In this document: positions 21,516 to 33,743 of the stretch, piece by piece
Layout: every line of letters begins with the position of its first letter
How positions within the stretch are numbered: the first letter of the stretch is position 1
Origin: Octopus bimaculoides
Taxonomy: Eukaryota
Direction: 5' to 3'
NCBI RefSeq assembly: GCF_001194135.2
Contig: NC_068984.1
Span: 121,851,428 to 121,889,598 of the forward strand
Length of the DNA stretch: 38,171 nucleotides
Translations under genes and position numbers: made by a program
Notes under the pieces: generated by a model
The model's input: only the letters and a program-made list of their open reading frames with translations
What the model was told of the DNA's origin: nothing
Databases searched by the model: none

Positions 21516-24439
21516 ATATATGTATATATATTGTGTATGTGTGTAAAAGACTATAATGGCCTTATTTTTCAACTGATTGTGCTGAAATTTTACACATAGA
21601 TAAAAGACGTCACAGTAGGTGCATCAGTTAAATTTCATAGCATAATCGTTAGTTTCAAAGTTAAATTTGCCCTTTTTTAGTCAAAATCTTGATGGAAAAT
21701 CCAATTTCAATAGCGCTTATTGGCTATCATTCCGCAAATCACATATGAACAGTTGCTATGTTCATCCAATCAGTATCAGAGCATTAATTACATTAAGCTT
21801 TCTAAGCAATTTCATGAAAGAACATATGTGATTGCAGTAAAAATCAATATCATTCTAGAATGAACTGTACTTGAACATGTGCATCCAGGCATGTCATTCT
21901 GTGTTCAATAAATAAACTGACACAAAAGAGTAAGAAGACAAGGCAATTATTTTGAATAAGTAAAAATGAAATAAAATATTAACTTTAATGAATAAATGAC
22001 ACTAATTGGCTATCAATCAACTGCGTGAATATTTTCTCACAACAAAATTCAATTGACAGTAGAAAACAACAAATTGATTGGTAATTGAATGTGGAAATTT
22101 GGGTGACAAATATCTCAAACTTAAACTAACAGTTTCTTATAAAAAACAAAAAATGAGCAGTATTCTTCAACTTTTGTGTGATTCACTTGATTTGGCACAT
22201 ACATGCCCATTGTTTATTCTTTAATACCATTTCATGAAGAAGGAATATTAATATCAACATTTCAAATTATGAGTTATTTTTCATCAGTAAGCATAATTGA
22301 ATGATATTTTGGCAAATTCTTCTTATCATTTTTACGAATTTTACAGATCAAATTCATCAGTTACCTTCTAAAAAAAAGCACTATTCGGTTGGTTCTAGTA
22401 GCTTATTCATCCACAAGGTTTGCTACTTTATCGGTCAACATCACATATTGTCAAACCCTATATCCCATTTGAAGTTTTCCAGTTACATGGACTTAAATAA
22501 CTTTATTTATAAAGAATTTTCATTACTTTCAAATTAATATAAGGTAATTTTAATGCTAACATCCTTTTTTACCAAAGGAAGCCCAGTTTTGGCTGTCTTT
22601 CATTTTGAAAGAAGTCCTAGAAACCGTTTCGATTTGCACAATCTTGTTATTTAAATTTTGCACTTACTTTTGATATTTTTTAGAAATATCCTTTACCTTC
22701 TGCTACCTGTCAGTGCATTGGTGCTTGCATCAATAGTTTACATTTTATCACCATTGCACTTTTGATTGATAGAATATCGATTTTCTGGGAATACATTTTG
22801 TCCAAATGTGCTTGTATATGGATCTAGTTTTTTTCATTTGCAACATATGCATTTTTTAAAAGACAGTAAAAAATCTGACAATCAGCTATAATAATATAGT
22901 TTTCCAGTCTAATTGCTATGAAGGTTTGATGTTGTGGAGAAAAAAAATTGGAGGTAAAAGTTACAGAGGTTTAAAAATTGAAGAAATTGTATTTTTAGCC
23001 AATAGCAAGACAGAAATTTTCTGTTTAGCAGAGCAGTATCGACTTTAAGGTTGTACTCTGTGAAATTTATAGTTTAGTGTCTGTGAAATGACCTCTTCAT
23101 TATAAGTTTCAATAAACAGAAATGCCTAATAAAATCAATATGCATCATCTTACCGTTTCTTTTGTCTCTTCATTGATTGTATGTTATTATTTTTATAAAA
23201 TTTGTCATATTAACATATTTGTTTGCATGTGTTTAGTTCATGCGTATTTCAGTATTATGTATACCTGTCATGTATCTGTGTACATCATTAATATATAAGT
23301 GTGCGTGTGTGTGTGTGTGTAAGAAGACAAGGCAATTATTTGTGTGTGTGTGTGTGATGCAGCATGGAAATTTGTCAGCGAACAGGTTGTGGTCTCAAAG
23401 CGACGAAAATATTTTGGCAAATTAGATTTAAATGTTGAAGTGAATCTAACAGTTTTTGTGCGTTTTGAAAATTATAATTGATAAATATAAATTTTTTTAT
23501 TAAAACAAAACACACGGGTGATGTAAATCTCGTGGTGTGAAGAATCAATACAACATGCAGTTGACATGGTAACAAGCTGTTAATGCCTCACTGCCTGTTG
23601 ATTGGCTAAAATTACCCAAATTTCCCAACTTTAATTCCAAATAACATCAGATTCTTTAATTTACAAGATAAAGCAATTGGTTGATCGTAATCAAAAATTC
23701 AGATTGTAATCAAAATTCAGAGTTGCATCTATACACCAAAATTGAAAACAATCTGAGCAAAACTAAATGGGGGGCTCATTTTGTGAATGAAAAAGACTAG
23801 ATTCTAGATGTGAATGCTCATCCACATACCATTTGGTGCTTACAATACCATTGCAAATAATTGTGCGCTTTAGCGCTGTGGGAATTATTTGTGTCGAAAT
23901 ACCATATTTAGTGCTTGTAAACAGCAACAAGGTAAATTTAATTGATTTTTTAAAGATTCATTCAATTACAGTTTTTCGATAGGATGCCTTGAAAATGCAA
24001 GTCACATTAACAAAATCAACAAAAGATGCTTCCGTTTTGCATGAATGAATAAGCATTACATTTGACAGAGTAATTTGAATGCTAAAAAGTTAAAGTTGTT
24101 GAACTGTATCTGGTAGATCCTGTCTTGTCTCATAGTCAGCTTTATATTAGTACTTCAAAACCAAGAATGTTGCATGTCCAGACACTTTACAATGGCCAAG
24201 TAAGTGAATAAAACAATTTTGCTGTAATTCCTAATTGAATGACAATAAACATAAATACTAATTCATTTGTCATATCAATTTGTAATGTGAGCCAAAATCT
24301 CCGTATTACTGCAGTGTTACTGCAATAACACCAGAGCTTTGCTGAGTGCCCTCTGATTGTATGTTAAATAAGTATGTTTTATAATACTCTTAGTGTATAT
24401 AGATATAAGTCCCCTGGACATTACTGTTCTGAGTCCAAG

Positions 24440-24923
24440 GACTCATAGGGCCAGTTACCTGGTATTGAAGGTGTATTAGTGACCAAGATTGCAACATTCC
24501 CCTTGAACGGTATGCCATTCCATCGCAGGGTTACCTATTTACAGCAGAGTGAACTAGAACAACATAAAATGAAGTGCTTTGCTCAAGAATACAACGTGCC
24601 GCCAGTCTGGGAATCGAAACCACAGCCTTACGTGAGTGCAACACCCTAACCACTAAGCCACGCTCCTTCACGCTAACATGTATGCATAATCATTTCCACT
24701 ACAAACACAAGGCCCGAGATTCTGGGCGAGGGCGGGGTAAGGCTCGTCGGTTATATCGACCTCAGTTCTCAGCTTGTATTTATTCCATCAACCCCGAAAG
24801 GACTAAAGTAGTACTCGGCAGAATTTGAACCGAGAACATAAATACATCCTCAGTTCAAATTCATACAGAAATGCCGTAAAGTATTTTGTCCAACGTGCTA
24901 ACGCTTCTACCAACTCGCCACCT
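24440..24923 (-). mobile_element. Two SINEs immediately upstream of EMC3 (Meta/V-like at about 24440-24668; family B at about 24696-24923)
   Basis: The first is related to 33033-33286 (GTGGCTTAGTGGTTAGGGTG head, TCTTGAGCAAAGCACTTCATTT); the second is collinear with family B copies. Confidence 0.7.
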
Positions 24924-25062
24924 TCTGCGATGTACGCATAAAGCCGAAAAATATTGTCTGAAATGAAAATCAGATGAGCGAACGTTTCGTAATTCTCTCC
25001 CCTTTATAAGATAACTCTTCCCGTGTTGGCAGCCATCTCTTTGATTCACTCAAATCCTCAGC

Positions 25063-25211
25063 ATGGCAGAACTTTTGTTAGATTCCAATATTCGAGTTTG
25101 GGTCTTTTTACCCATTGTTGTTATTACTTTTCTAGTTGGTATCATAAGACATTACGTCACTATATTACTTTCTTCAGAAAAAAAGTCAGAACTACAGCAG
25201 GTAGCAGACAG
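25063..25211 (+). CDS. EMC3: ER membrane protein complex subunit 3, exon 1
   Basis: Encodes [49 protein letters not shown], the typical EMC3 N-terminus (L.LD..IR.WV.LPI..ITF..G..RHY). GTAAAT donor, phase 2. Confidence 0.97.
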
Positions 25212-25349
25212 GTAAATGGAGATTCTTTTTTTTTTAATCATTATCTTTTGTTATAAACATTATCTCTCTTTTTCTTTTCTTATTACTGTGTTTTATTATT
25301 AATTCATATTTGTCGACGTAATATTTTTGTAATTATATTTTATATTTAG

Positions 25350-25407
25350 TCACGCCTTAATTCGGAGCCGAATACTACGAGAAAATGGCAAATACATTCC
25401 CAAACAT
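25350..25407 (+). CDS. EMC3: EMC3 exon 2
   Basis: TTTAG acceptor, GTAAGT donor, 58 nt. Encodes (S)HALIRSRILRENGKYIPKH. Confidence 0.97.
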
Positions 25408-25800
25408 GTAAGTATATCTATATATAGCATTTGATTGATCTATGTTGTATAGGACCTGTTTAGCTTTATCCTTAAACTACATAAATCTTCTGTCGTTCCT
25501 GTAGCATATTGTGTAGTATTTATATAATAATATCTGTTTTGTGTCTGTATTGGTTTAAGAATAATCGTTATTGGTTTTTTTTTTATCCGTCTAAAAAATA
25601 TTCCGTTTACTTTTGGCACCTAACTTATATTCGTATAACAGAACCAGATCTCTGCGTGATCACTCATGCTGATTGAAATAACATAAAATTTCCTTCAGAT
25701 CACGCCCTATCATCTTTAAAAAAGGGCAGGACACACCCGATATTTAATAATAGATGGAGCCGCTCTAACAGCAGGTTTGCGGTTCAAGGCTGACCTGTGC

Positions 25801-25833
<33 letters not shown>

Positions 25834-26593
25834 ATATACACACATTGATGAAAAAATACATATTGAGGAATATATATATATATAGAACCTACTAAAACTG
25901 AAAACCCTTAATTATTACGTAGCCTAATAAGATTATCTATGAAGACAATCACGCAGTATCAATCAATACATATCAGAACCCATAAATCTAAAGTGGAAAA
26001 GAAGTTACCTGATGATGAATATGAGTGATAGGGAAACGAAAATATAAAAATACAATGAGTTGGCAAATTTTCCGTTTACTTCGCAAACTTTAGTCACTAA
26101 ACTGTGACCATAACACTAATATCATAAACACCACAGCGCATTTCACAAGATAATAAAATGTAAGGGAGAATAAAATAATCTCATTTTAGTAAATGTATAT
26201 TTTCACCAATTGATAGTGTCTTATTTCAATTTACGAGTGATAGAATTTTCATTAAGTTTCGATTCCAAGCGCTTATTCATTTATTTATGTATTTTTATGT
26301 CCATTTTGAGATGTCTTATGAAACTTGAGAAGAAAACATCTGTTTATTACAAATTTGATTTAAAGGAAATCACAGATGTATCTCGGTGGCGATGGATCCC
26401 TGTATTATTTAGAGGGGTAACCAAAAGAGAAATCATCTATGAATTAAATGAAAGACAATATATATCATTTGAAGAATTATCACTCCAGTCTTTGATAGGG
26501 TGATGATTTTTCAGGTGGAATATGCTGGGTTGAAGAATCTTCATCCTAGCTTATCCCATCTAAAGTAATAATTTTTCAAGTGGAATCAAGGTG

Positions 26594-27281
26594 AAGTCCG
26601 AACACTGACACACAACCACCACTACCAACATCATCACCACAACCAGAATTATCAATCTAGAGAATCTCTGCACTAGGCATGGGTGGCCCTTTTCGAGAAG
26701 TGGGCCACCCAAGACCTGGATCGGCATTAGGCAGGTTGTTGTACTGAAAAACTGCAAGAATTCAAAGTAATTTTTCGTTAGGCATGCCTATGAGCCGCAG
26801 TTTGCCCATGACTGTTTTCTGCGGCCTCAGGTCCTGCTAGAAATAGCAGACAAATCTTCCTCACTGTACTGTATTGAATATGAAAAATACATGGAATATA
26901 GTACCTGATTATGGTTGGAACGTCTTTTATCATAGCTTACCTGGGAGTTAACACAGTCACCACAATAACATGTAGATGATATTTTGCAATTTTATCTATG
27001 TAATTATTGTAGCTACTATTAATTTGGGAAAACTATATTCTTTCCTTTTTTTTTTCTTGAACTTTCAAAATAAAGACACATAACAAAGGAATAGATTTAT
27101 GTCAGTCTAACTATATCAATTATATTCACTATGGTGAAAGGTGATCATTTTCAGGTGGAGCAAGCTGGGGTGATAATTCTCAGGGCCGCCCATGCCTAGT
27201 GCAGAGATTCTCTAGATTAATCGTTATGGTGATGATGTTGGTGATGTTAGTAGTGGTGGTTGTGTGTCAGTGTTCAGACTT
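26594..27281. repeat. Inverted pair of about 100-bp arms in EMC3 intron 2
   Basis: 26594-26690 (AAGTCCGAACACTGACACACAACCACCACTA...CTAGAGAATCTCTGCACTAGGCATGGGTGGCCCT) is the near reverse complement of 27182-27281. Confidence 0.85.
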
Positions 27282-28016
27282 AAGAAAGAAAGGCAATAAA
27301 ATATAGAAATATTGGCTGTATAAGAAGGTTTCTGTATCCTTTAGGGAATGGTGAGAGAAATAAATGTTGGAAGTTAAGTTTCCATCATTGAAAATGGTAA
27401 TTTTAGGAACAATTACTAGTTCAGTTCATTTGGAGCAACTTGAATTATAGTTATTGCAGCTTTATAAATGATTAACTAATTAAAAAAAAAAGATGGGTCT
27501 AATTGATGCTGGAGGTAGTTATGGTGTTAGTTGCTAGAGTAAAGAGTTGGAAGAAGTTCAGGGATTTCTTACTCCCATTGACATTAAAAGCTCTCTCTTG
27601 CATGCTGGGAAAAAGCAAAACTTGTGAGTAATTTAAGAAGTGAGATGCTGTGTGTTTGTGATATGGATGCTGAATGTGGAAGAACCATGAATGCTAAAGA
27701 AAAGAGAATATGATCTGTTGGTTGTGTAATCTTAACTTATCTAAAAGTTGGAGCACAAACAAGATGGTAGACCAGCTGGATATTAAAGGTATAAGCCAAT
27801 GTATGTAGAAGAGATGAATGTTCTGGTAGGAACTTTGTGAATCAATAAGAATGCTTGGTGAAAATGTACAGTGTGCCAACAGCAAAAAGTGGTTGTAACT
27901 GAAAGTACTAAGCCCAGAATGTCAGGAAGTTAGCCTCCTGGCCAAGATGACAAAGAGTTGTGATGAGTTACATTATCTGTATGACGGACTTTCCCAATCT
28001 ATGCTAGATTGGAAAA

Positions 28017-28670
28017 TCATCATCATCATTTAACATCTGCTCTCATTGCTGGCATAGGTTGGACAGTTTGACATGGAACTGGCTAGCAGGGAGCTGTCTA
28101 GACTCCAACTGTCTGTTGTGACATGGTTTATACAGCTGGATGCCCTTCCTAATGCCAATCACTTAGCAGAGTGCGCTGGGTGTTTTTTACGTGCCACTGG
28201 CATGGGTGTGTTTATGCAGCACCGGCATGAGTGCGTTTACATAACACCAGTATGGGTGGTTTATGCAGCACTGGCATGGGTACTTTTTCAGTGGTACCAG
28301 TGCCTGAAAGGACAAGCCTGTATGTGTGGAAGACAGCAATTTTACTGTGCTTGATGTAACTTTTCAAGTACAGCAAATCGGTAAAATGTTGATTTTGATA
28401 ACAGTAGAAGTTTCCATTAATTTATAATTTATTAAAAAATATTGGTATGGGTGCTGGTGCCATTGTAAAAAGCATTGGTGTGGGTGCTGCTGCCACATAA
28501 AAAGCACCCAGTACATTCTGTGAAGTGGTTGGCATTAGGATGGGCATCCAGCCATAGAAACCAAGCCAAAATAGACTATAGAACCTGGTGCAGCCCCTGG
28601 CCATACCAGTTCCTGTCAAGCTGTCCAACCCATGCCAACATGGAAAACGGACGTTAAATGATGATGGTGA
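28017..28670. mobile_element. Two RTE-type 3' ends in opposite orientation (about 28017-28200 and 28488-28670)
   Basis: The first starts with (CAT)n; the second ends ACGTTAAATGATGATG about 60 bp before EMC3 exon 3. Confidence 0.75.
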
Positions 28671-28732
28671 TAAGCCATGTAACTTAATATTGACATTTAT
28701 TAATAAAAATTTTTTTAATTTTTTATTTTTAG

Positions 28733-28826
28733 GCCTTTAATATGCGTAAAAGTTTCTTCAATGATGAAGATAGAGGCTTCTTTAAAACGCAGAAAAGGGA
28801 AGCGACTGTCAAAAATCCGATGACAG
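28733..28826 (+). CDS. EMC3: EMC3 exon 3
   Basis: TTTTTAG acceptor, GTAAGA donor, 94 nt. Encodes AFNMRKSFFNDEDRGFFKTQKREATVKNPMT. Confidence 0.96.
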
Positions 28827-29039
28827 GTAAGATAAAACATGTTATATTCCTGTTTGAAAACCTGTTTTTCACCAGTATTTTAATAAATCACTAATATAAA
28901 ATTTATCAAGAGTATAGTACTACTTGTGTGTCTTGCAATAACTCTTTTTACAAATGGCCTACCCATGAAGATACTTGTTTGTAGACCCATATGTTTATCA
29001 TTTGATTCAAAGCTAGTATTTTATTTGTATACTTTCTGT

Positions 29040-29370
29040 TACATGCTTCAGTCATTGGACTGTGGCCATGCTGGAGCACTGCCTTGAAGAGTTCAGTCCA
29101 AATAAATCTACTCCAGTTCTGATTTCATTTCTTCTTTTAAACTCTGGTACTTATTTTATCAGTCACTTTTACTGAACTACTAGGTTATGAGGACATAAAC
29201 TAACCCACACCTGTTGTCAATAAGTAGTGGGAGGCAAATGCAAATACAAACGCACACACTCACACACACCAGACTTTTATTCACAAGATGATGCTTGCTC
29301 AAGGTGCCACACAGTGGGACTGAACCTGAAATCACGTATTTGCAAAGCAAGCTTCTTAATCACATGTCTG
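29040..29370 (-). mobile_element. Decayed family A SINE
   Basis: TCAGTCATTGGACTGTGGCCATGCTGGAGCACTGCC tail and AAGGTGCCACACAGTGGGACTGAACC...AAGCAAGCTTCTTAA head in reverse. Confidence 0.7.
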
Positions 29371-29649
29371 TGTCAATACATGAATAATTTGACTACATGC
29401 ATAATTTTATATGTGGGAGATTTGACTGACCATCTATGGTTGCTTTTGGAGTAAGAAAGGGAGCTTACTAAGAAATAAAGGCAAGGGTGAGGTTTCCCTT
29501 AAAGAGGAGAGAACTGCTCAGGGTCTATAATTTCTCTTCTTGCTTTATTATTATTATGCAGGGTCTTTTTCTTAGAGAGAGAGAGAGAGGGAGAACATAT
29601 GAAATAATAACTATAATTTTATAGTTTTGATAATAATGGTAATCAATTG

Positions 29650-29960
29650 GTAGTCCTGCTTGTGGGGCGTAGGCAGAGATAATTGTAGCTGTGCTATTCT
29701 GCAGGACTAGCCTGAGCTTAAGCACTCTATCGCACACCCTAACAACCTCTATGACTTTATCCACCCATTTCTCTGCAAAGAGTATGCCTAAGCCATCCAT
29801 GGTACCTTGCCAGAAGACTTTATACCTATGTGCCTTGTCTGTGAGGACCCTAGCTGAAGCTCCTTTTCATCTTATCTCTTGTATGCAGCATACATCAACC
29901 CGTCTCTTTTCAGGCATCTCTACAATCTCACTAGACCTACCTTTCAGTGTACCAACTGTG
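29650..29960 (-). mobile_element. RTE-clade LINE AP-endonuclease N-terminal fragment (decayed)
   Basis: Encodes FTVGTLKGRSSEIVEMPEKRRVDVCCIQEIR*KGASARVLTDKAHRYKVFWQG..DGLGILFAEKWVDKVIEVVRVCDRVLKLRLVLQNSTATIISAYAPQAGL. CIQE and SAYAPQ are APE motifs; one in-frame stop. Confidence 0.9.
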
Positions 29961-30870
29961 AAGGGAATGTGGGGGTGAGGCTTGGGGAGGAGAGATGTTA
30001 TTCAGCGCCAACTGGGAAGGGAATGTGGGGTGAAGCTTGGGGAGGAGAGATGTTATTCAGCGCCCGAAAAGAAGATGGAGGTTGTCGTGTTCGTTTTTTA
30101 GGCATGCTTCATCTGTTCTCGCTTCTGACCTGACAACATTCCAACGTGTTAAGATTGTTGCCCCTACTGGAGGTAGGAGCAGGTGTCAGCGGCGTTGTAA
30201 GCATAAACATTATGGTCATTGAATAACGTAAATTTAAGCAGTGTAGCAAAATATGGATAATCCAATGTTAGATTAGGAGGGAGTCAGCTATAACTGGTTG
30301 CGTTTGTCCAGGAAGAGGGGGATTTCAGGTATGATGGAGGGTACCACCAGTGGGGAAGAGTTCAGACACAGAGAGAGAGGAAACAAGCTCATTCCTACAT
30401 ATACACGAGCACACTCACACACAGGAACAAGCACACATGGACAGCCGAATAGCTTTCTCCTTCGCTTGATAAGGCCAAGGGAAATGAAACAAAAGATAGC
30501 TGGTTAAGTAGGTGGGCAGATAACCTGGTTGCGTTTGTCCCAGTAGAGAGTTAGAGAAAGAGGAGAGAGATAGAGAAAGAGAGAGTGCAGGTAATATAGG
30601 GAACAGCACCAGTGAGGAGGGGGAATTGGGAGAAGAGACATCTGGTGGTGGTGGTGACAAATTTGTAGACAGAACGAAATGAAAGATAGCCGGTTAAGTG
30701 GGTGGGTGGATAAGCAGCTGGGCTGGTTACATTTGTCCTAGGAGAGAGAGAAGTGCAGGTATTATATAGAGAACAGCCCAGTGAGGAGGAGGGGTTGGGA
30801 GAACAGACACAGGTAATGGTGGTGGGAGAAGGGATTTCCAGTGGGTAAAGAGAGATATCTGGTATTGGTG
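29960..30870. repeat. Purine-rich diverged tandem repeats upstream of the RTE endonuclease fragment
   Basis: Two copies of about 50 bp (GAAGGGAATGTGGGG.TGA.GCTTGGGG.AGGAGAGATGTTATTCAGCGCC) at about 29960-30065. Three longer diverged units sharing CTGGTT(G/A)C(G/A)TTTGTCC, GCAGGTA and CCAGTG at about 30290-30870. Confidence 0.7.
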
Positions 30871-31052
30871 GTGGGGGCGGGTACACCGTGAACAAGCAGA
30901 GTTTAGTTTGGGGGCAGAGGGACGAAAATAATGGTAATAAGAATGAGATTAAACAGCCGAGAAATGAGTAATTGTCTTAATGAAATTACATGAGAATGTA
31001 TATGTACATATGTATATATATATGTACATATATATATGTGTGTGTGTATATG

Positions 31053-31102
<50 letters not shown>

Positions 31103-31150
31103 TGTATGTATATACAAATATATATATACATATATGTATGTATATATACA

Positions 31151-32020
31151 TATCATCATCATCATCATCATCATCGTTTAACATCCGCTTTCCATGCTAG
31201 CATGGGTTGGACGATTTGACTGAGGACTGGTGAAACCGGATGGCAACACCAGGCTCCAATCTAATTTGGCAGAGTTTCTACAGCTGGATGCCCTTCCTAA
31301 CGCCAACCACTCAGAGAGTGTAGTGGGTGCTTTTATGTGTCACCCGCACGAAAACGGCCACGCTCGAAATGGTGTCTTTTATGTGTCACCCGCACAAGCC
31401 AGTCCAGGGGCACTGGCAACGATCTCACTCGAAAATCCTACGGGAGCCAGTCAGGCGGTACTGGCAATGGCCACGCTCAAAATGGTGCACCTCATGTGCC
31501 ACCCGNNNNNNNNNNNNNNNNNNNNNNNNNNNNNNNNNNNNNNNNNNNNNNNNNNNNNNNNNNNNNNNNNNNNNNNNNNNNNNNNNNNNNNNNNNNNNNN
31601 NNNNNNNNNNNNNNNNNNNNNNNNNNNNNNNNNNNNNNNNNNNNNNNNNNNNNNNNNNNNNNNNNNNNNNNNNNNNNNNNNNNNNNNNNNNNNNNNNNNN
31701 NNNNNNNNNNNNNNNNNNNNNNNNNNNNNNNNNNNNNNNNNNNNNNNNNNNNNNNNNNNNNNNNNNNNNNNNNNNNNNNNNNNNNNNNNNNNNNNNNNNN
31801 NNNNNNNNNNNNNNNNNNNNNNNNNNNNNNNNNNNNNNNNNNNNNNNNNNNNNNNNNNNNNNNNNNNNNNNNNNNNNNNNNNNNNNNNNNNNNNNNNNNN
31901 NNNNNNNNNNNNNNNNNNNNNNNNNNNNNNNNNNNNNNNNNNNNNNNNNNNNNNNNNNNNNNNNNNNNNNNNNNNNNNNNNNNNNNNNNNNNNNNNNNNN
32001 NNNNNNNNNNNNNNNNNNNN

Positions 32021-32060
<40 letters not shown>

Positions 32061-32305
32061 GACCGTGGACACCATTTCAAGCGTGGCCGTCGCCAGTACC
32101 GTCTGACTGGCCCTCATGCCGGTGGCACATAAAAGCACCTACTACACTCTCGGAGTGGTTGGAATTAGGAAGGGCATCCAGCTGTAGAAACTCTGCCAAA
32201 TCAGATTGGAGCCCAGTGTCGCCTCCTGGTCCACCAGTCCTCAGTCAAATTGTCCAACTCATGCTAGCATGGAAAGCGGACGTTAAACGACGACGATGAT
32301 GATGA
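31151..32305. mobile_element. Oppositely oriented RTE-type 3' ends flanking the N gap 31506-32020
   Basis: 31151-31505 starts with (CAT)n; about 32060-32305 ends GCGGACGTTAAACGACGACGATGATG. The shared portions are close reverse complements. Confidence 0.8.
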
Positions 32306-32555
32306 TATACATGTATATGTACATACATATATGTGTATCTACGTATGTGTATATACGTATACGTCTATATATGTATATCTATGTATATATGTATATATAC
32401 ATATGTGTTTATACATAAGTGTGTATATATATGTGTGTGTGTGTGTGTGTATATATATATACATATGCATATGTGGGCACAGGACGTCACAAAACATAAA
32501 CAACAAAAAGTATGAAGTACGAGGGCATGGAATAAGGACGTTTTTGCAATCAACG

Positions 32556-32557
<2 letters not shown>

Positions 32558-32619
<62 letters not shown>

Positions 32620-32770
32620 CAAGCTTCTTTCAGTTCCCATTTATTAAATCCACTCAAAGCTTTGGTTGGCCTTGGGGCATAGTGGAAGACACCTGTCCAA
32701 GGTGCCATGCATTGGGACTGAACCTAGATCCTGAGGAGAAGCAAGTTTCTTAACCACACAGCCATACCTG
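32558..32770 (-). mobile_element. (CA)n microsatellite plus family A SINE head
   Basis: About 30 CA units followed by GCTTCTTTCAGTT...AAATCCACTC...AAGGTGCCATGCATTGGGACTGAACC...ACCACACAGCCA. Confidence 0.75.
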
Positions 32771-33032
32771 TATCTCACAGTCACTGCACTATTTTCTAAT
32801 TAATAAAAGCTACTGGAATTATTACATCATTTAAAATGTAAGAAATACTGAAGTTATCTGTGACTTACATTAAAACACAATCTTGCTGATTTGTAGTGTT
32901 TAACTGTTTAGGCATTAGTAATTTGTAAAATGTTAGTGCTAAAGCATTTCAGAATTGTGATAGGATTAGATCTTGTGTTGTTGGGCTTGACAAAGATGAT
33001 GATCTATTAATCAAGGCTAGTGACAATATACC

Positions 33033-33286
33033 GTGGAGTCGCGTGGCTTAGTGTTTAGGGTGTCAGCATCATGATCTTAAGATTGTGGTTTCGATTCCTG
33101 GACCGGGCGATGCGTTGTGTTCTTGAGCAAAACACTTCATTTCACGTTGCTCCAGTCCACTCAGCTGGCAAAAAGGAGTAACGCTGCGATGGACTGGCGT
33201 CCCATCCAGCTGGGGAACACATACGCCATTGGAACCAGACCCATGAGCCTGGCTAGGCTTTAAAAGGGCGCATTTATTATTATTAT
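33033..33286 (+). mobile_element. Complete tRNA-derived SINE (Meta/V-like core) with 15-bp target-site duplication
   Basis: TSD TAGTGACAATATACC at 33018-33032 and 33287-33301. A-box-like GTGGCTTAGTG, B-box-like GGTTTCGATTCC, core TTCTTGAGCAAAACACTT...TGCGATGGACTGGCGTCCCATCCAG, (TTA)n tail. The domain naming is by recalled resemblance. Confidence 0.88.
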
Positions 33287-33508
33287 TAGTGACAATATAC
33301 CATAATGTAGATATGAAAGATCCATACTAGATGGAGCAGATGTTAAAATGATGAAACTAGCAAGGTGTCCTCCATCTAAAAACTATCATCTTCACATACA
33401 TATGGTTTCACCAGTATTTTGTATCATTAATGAATTTTTACCTATAAATAATGTATTGATCTAAACGTATGCACAAGGTGACACATTTTGGGAAAAGCAA
33501 GTGGTTGA

Positions 33509-33743
33509 TTAACCCTTTAATATTTAGATTACTCTGTCAAATGTAATGCTTATGTATACACATTGTGTTGAATTATCAAATAATATATTGTAGCTTTGAG
33601 ATTTTGATGATATGGGTTTCTTTTTTTTTAATTTTTAGAAAAACACTGTAGGGTAGGTGTGAAAGATATGTTCTGGTTGGTTGAACATGGATTAGGTAGA
33701 GTATTTAGGTCAGATATGGCCAGTTTAAATGCTAAAGGGTTAA
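33509..33743. mobile_element. piggyBac-like MITE
   Basis: TTAA-CCCTTTAATATTTAG ... TTTAAATGCTAAAGGG-TTAA, in opposite orientation to the 3466 copy. Confidence 0.8.

Noticed and set aside
25025-25045. YY1-like GCAGCCATCT motif before the EMC3 ATG
   Set aside because: A short motif expected by chance, with no TSS or conservation evidence available here.
30903-32753. Long ORFs and YIYI/HTHT/CVCV-rich ORFs
   Set aside because: These come from the N gap and from (TA)n and (CA)n microsatellites.
33033-33110. tRNA gene (also the heads of family A and B copies)
   Set aside because: A- and B-box-like motifs are present but continue into SINE cores and tails, and I could not see a complete cloverleaf. 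These are tRNA-derived SINE heads.
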